From the NCBI GenBank assembly GCA_964016885.1, contig OZ024756.1, positions 5,332,001 through 5,396,000 on the forward strand: a DNA stretch of 64,000 nucleotides, in the 5' to 3' direction. The position numbers and the translations under genes were made by a program. Positions 59,192 through 64,000 of this stretch are shown here, one piece after another (position 1 is the first letter of the stretch; each line of letters begins with the position of its first letter). This DNA is from Eledone cirrhosa (Eukaryota). The notes beneath the pieces were generated by a model. The model saw only the letters and a list, made by a program, of their open reading frames with translations. It was not told where the DNA came from and did no database searches.

Positions 59192-59195
59192 CTGG

Positions 59196-59253
<58 letters not shown>

Positions 59254-59288
59254 CCTGGATATATATATATATATATATTCACCTGGAT

Positions 59289-59344
<56 letters not shown>

Positions 59345-59496
59345 TCACCTGGATATATATATATATATATATATATTCACCTGGATATATATATATATTA
59401 ACCTGGATATATATATATATATATATATTCACCTGGATATAAATATATATATATATATATTCACCTGGATATATATATCTATATTTATATTCACCT

Positions 59497-59535
<39 letters not shown>

Positions 59536-59580
59536 CCTGGATATATATATCTATATATATCTATATATATATTCACCTGG

Positions 59581-59611
<31 letters not shown>

Positions 59612-59614
59612 CCT

Positions 59615-59667
<53 letters not shown>

Positions 59668-59710
59668 CCTGGATATATATATATACTTATATATATATAT
59701 ATATTCACCT

Positions 59711-59757
<47 letters not shown>

Positions 59758-59762
59758 CCTGG

Positions 59763-59795
<33 letters not shown>

Positions 59796-59834
59796 TGGAT
59801 ATACATATATATATATATATATATGTATTTACCT

Positions 59835-59872
<38 letters not shown>

Positions 59873-59903
59873 ATACTTTGGGAGGGTCATGCTGCCAATA
59901 AGG

Positions 59904-59937
<34 letters not shown>

Positions 59938-59960
59938 TATATATATATATATTCACCTGG

Positions 59961-59993
<33 letters not shown>

Positions 59994-60028
59994 TGGATAT
60001 ACATATATATATATATATGTATTTACCT

Positions 60029-60064
<36 letters not shown>

Positions 60065-60127
60065 AGGTTAATACATATATATATATATATATATATGTAT
60101 ATCCAAGTAAATATATATATATCCAGG

Positions 60128-60158
<31 letters not shown>

Positions 60159-60183
60159 CCAAGTAAATATATATATATCCAGG

Positions 60184-60238
<55 letters not shown>

Positions 60239-60293
60239 ATACTTTGGTAGGGTCATGCTGCCAAATTCAGAAACGAAATATATATATTCACCT

Positions 60294-60360
<67 letters not shown>

Positions 60361-60461
60361 CCTGGATATATATATATATATATATATATTCACCTGGATA
60401 TATATATATATATATATATATTCGCCTGGATATATATATATATATATATATATATTCACCT

Positions 60462-60504
<43 letters not shown>

Positions 60505-60512
60505 TATTCACC

Positions 60513-60642
<130 letters not shown>

Positions 60643-60650
60643 CCTGGATA

Positions 60651-60717
<67 letters not shown>

Positions 60718-60723
60718 TCACCT

Positions 60724-60795
<72 letters not shown>

Positions 60796-60859
60796 TTATA
60801 TATTCACCTGGATAGGTCCGTTCTAAACTATTCGTGTTCGACATGTTATGGATGAAATA

Positions 60860-61830
60860 CCACGACAGCAGTAACTAGTTCAGTTGGTTAAACTAAGATT
60901 CCAACTTACAACATAGTAGTAACTAAAATAACACGACGATAGTAACTATTACAGTCGGTTGAACTATGATTTCAACTTAGAACAGACAGTAACTAGTAGA
61001 GTCGCTTTAAATATGATTCCAGCTTAGAATATAGTAGAACTAAAATAACACGGCAGTATTAACTAGTAGAGTCGGTTTAACTAAGATTCTAACTTACAAC
61101 ATAATAGTATCTAAAATAATACGGCAGTATTAACTAGTAGAGTCGGTTTAACTAAGATTCTAACTTACAACATAATAGTATCTAAAATAATACGGCAGTA
61201 TTAACTAGTAGAGTCGGTTTAACTAAGATTCCAACTTACAACATAATAGTAACTAAAATAACACGGTATTATTAACTAGTAGAGTCGGTTTAACTAAGAT
61301 TCTAACTTACAACATAATAGTAACTAAAATAACACGGTATTATTAACTAGTAGAGTCGGTTTAACTAAGATTCCAACTTACAACATAATAGTAACTAAAA
61401 TAACACGGCAGTATTAACTAGTAGAGTCGGTTTAACTAAGATTCTAACTTACAACATAATAGTATCTAAAATAACACGGCAGTATTAACTAGTAGAGTCG
61501 GTTTAACTAAGATTCTAACTTACAACATAATAGTATCTAAAATAATACGGCAGTATTAACTAGTAGAGTCGGTTTAACTAAGATTCCAACTTACAACATA
61601 ATAGTAACTAAAATAACACGGTATTATTAACTAGTAGAGTCGGTTTAACTAAGATTCTAACTTACAACATAATAGTAACTAAAATAACACGGCAGTATTA
61701 ACTAGTAGAGTCGGTTTAACTAAGATTCCAACTTACAACATAATAGTAACTAAAATAACACGGCAGTATTAACTAGTAGAGTCGGTTTAACTAAGATTCC
61801 AACTTAGAACATAGAAGTAACTAAAGTAAC
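60860..61830. repeat. 60-bp tandem satellite, ~15 copies
   Basis: Unit aactagtagagtcggtttaactaagattccaacttacaacataatagtaactaaaataacacggcagtatt. Confidence 0.95.
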
Positions 61831-61984
61831 TAAAGTACTTGCCAGGTATATAGTCGAGCGGAATACGTTCTTCCGTTGTTACTAAACTAAACTAAATACA
61901 CAGACATCTCATGTCACTTGTTGACGTGATTGTTATGATGATGGTTGTAATCACGTTATAATTGGGTTTGTACTCATAATTCAA

Positions 61985-64000
61985 GTGATGATGATGTTGT
62001 CATTGTTGATGTTGTTGTGGCTGTTATTGTAGTAGTAGTAGTTGTTGTTGTTGCTGTAGTTGTTGTTGTAGTTGTTGAAATATCGGATATGGCGGCAATG
62101 GCTGTTATTGTAGTAGTAGTAGTTGTTGTTATTGTAGTAGTAGTTGTTGGTGTTGGTGTTGTTGAAATGTCGGATATGGTGGCAATGGCTGTTATTGTAG
62201 TAGTAGTAGTAGTTGTTATTGCTGTAGTTGTTGTTATTGTAGGAGTAGTTGTTGTTGTTGCTGTAGTTGTTGGTGTTGGTGTTGTTGTTGTTGTTGTTGA
62301 AATGTCGGATATGGCGGCAATGGCTGTTATTGTAGTAGTAGTAGTAGTTGTTATTGCTGTAGTTGTTGTTAATGTAGTAGTAGTTGTTGTTGTTGCTGTA
62401 GTAGTTGTTATTGCTGTAGTAGTTGTTATTGCTGTAGTTGTTGTTATTGTAGTAGTAGTTGTTATTGCTGTAGTAGTTGTTATTGCTGTAGTTGTTGTTA
62501 ATGTAGTAGTTGTTATTGCTGTAGTTGTTGTTGCTGTTGTTGTTGTAGTTGTTGTAGTTGAAATGTCGGATATGGCGGCAGGGAAGAGAAATGAATATTT
62601 TATTTGTCGTTATCGATGTTGGTAATTGGCATAATAATCACAGTACCGATAGAGGATAGGAAATAACAGGTGGGGGGAGGGGGTGATGGTGAGGATGGTG
62701 GTGATGGTGGTGGTGATGGTGGTGGTGAGGGTGGTGGTGGTGAGGGTGGTGGTGGTGTTGGTGTTGGTGGTGGTGTGATGAGGATGGTGGTGGTGAAGGT
62801 GGTTGTGGTGATTGTGAGGATGATGGTGGTGGTGGTGTTGGTGGTGAGGATGGTGATGGTGGTGGTGGTGGGAAAGAGTTATAGGATGTGCAGAGCAGTG
62901 GTTGGGTGATGGCGGTGGTAATGGTGTCGGCGATGGTGGCGGTGATGGTGATGATGACGAGGGTGGGGGTGATGACGATGAGGGTGGGGGTGGTGATGGT
63001 GATGGGAAAGAGTTACAGGATGTAGAGAGCAGTGGTTGGGTGATGAGGGAGAGTAAAACATGTTGGTGGTGATGGTGGTGGTGATGTTAGTAGTAGAGGT
63101 GGTGGGCGTATTGATGGTGTTGCTGGTGGCCGTCTTCGTCGTGGTGGTGATGGGGTTGGTGGTAGTGGTCGTGGAGTTGGTAGAGATGTGGGTGGTTGTG
63201 GTGATGCTGTTAGTGGTCGTTGTGGTAGTGGTTGTCTTCGTTGTGGAGGTGATGCGTGCGAGATGGTGGTGTAAGTGGTCGGGATGTTGGTGGTGATGAT
63301 AATGTAGGTGGCAGTGGTGGTGGTTGTGGTGGTTGTCTACGTTGTGGAGGTGATGGGTGCGAGATGGTGGTGTAAGTGGTCGGGATGTTGGTGGTGATGA
63401 TAATGTAGGTGGTAGTGGTGGTGGTTGTCTTCGTTGTGGAGGTGATGCGTGCGAGATAGTGGTGTAAGTAGTCAGGGTGTTGGTGGTGATGATAATGTAG
63501 GTTGTAGTAGTAGTGGTGATGGTGGTGGTGGTGGTTGTCTTCGTTGTGGAGGCGATGGTTGTGCTGGCAGTGAAGAGTAAGACGGAAGGGATGTTTGTGG
63601 TAATGGTGATTTATATTGCTGTGTTTTCCTATAACAATTACAGCTGTCCTAACACAGGTACACTCAGCCAGAAAGGAGCACCATTGAAATGGTTGTAATA
63701 CACGAATAAATCTTCGTTCATTGAATCTTAGTCTCCCTCATCTATACCAGCGACATCACCACCACCACCACCACTGCTAGAAATACCAGTGACAACACCA
63801 ACACCACTACTGCTAGAAATACCAGCGACAACACCACCACCACTGCTAGAAATACCAGCGACAACACCACCACCACTGCTAGAAATACCAGTGACAACAC
63901 CAACACCACCACTGCTAGAAATACCAGCGACAACACCATCACCACCACCACTGCTAGAAATACCAGCGACAACACCATCACCACCACCACCACTGCTAGA
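61985..64000. repeat. Low-complexity trinucleotide-based repeats (GTT/GTA, GGT/GAT, ACC-rich 33-39 bp unit)
   Basis: Degenerate triplet arrays with higher-order units, e.g. gaaatgtcggatatggcggca and cactgctagaaataccag. Confidence 0.9.

Noticed and set aside
62017-62625. Val-rich ORF or minus-strand Thr-rich mucin-like exon
   Set aside because: Triplet simple repeat with no clear splice signals or flanking exons; cannot be supported without RNA data

Overview
AT-rich, repeat-dominated animal DNA with no recognisable host gene; the SINE types and huge (TA)n tracts suggest an octopus-like cephalopod (inference). Protein-coding content is all retroelement: a near-intact Penelope-like element (RT + C-terminal GIY-YIG, 55263-57551, with an inverted pLTR), a decayed CRE-like element and two RTE fragments. 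There are also SINEs, a non-autonomous Helitron and several minisatellites. The main hidden signal is that most short unique-looking islands between the (TA)n tracts are non-coding 250-1250 bp elements carrying hammerhead ribozyme (HHR) folds, read by eye at about 25 sites (intact or damaged) in about 9 families. They occur as palindromes and as circularly permuted, greater-than-unit-length copies (monomers of about 439, 465, 534 and 595 nt), as expected for retrozyme-like RNAs copied from circular or concatemeric templates. Three unrelated families have a compensatory U3-A8 core (TTGATAA or TTGAAAA) instead of C3-G8. All folds are manual predictions and none has been tested. The many Tyr/Ile-rich ORFs are microsatellite artefacts.
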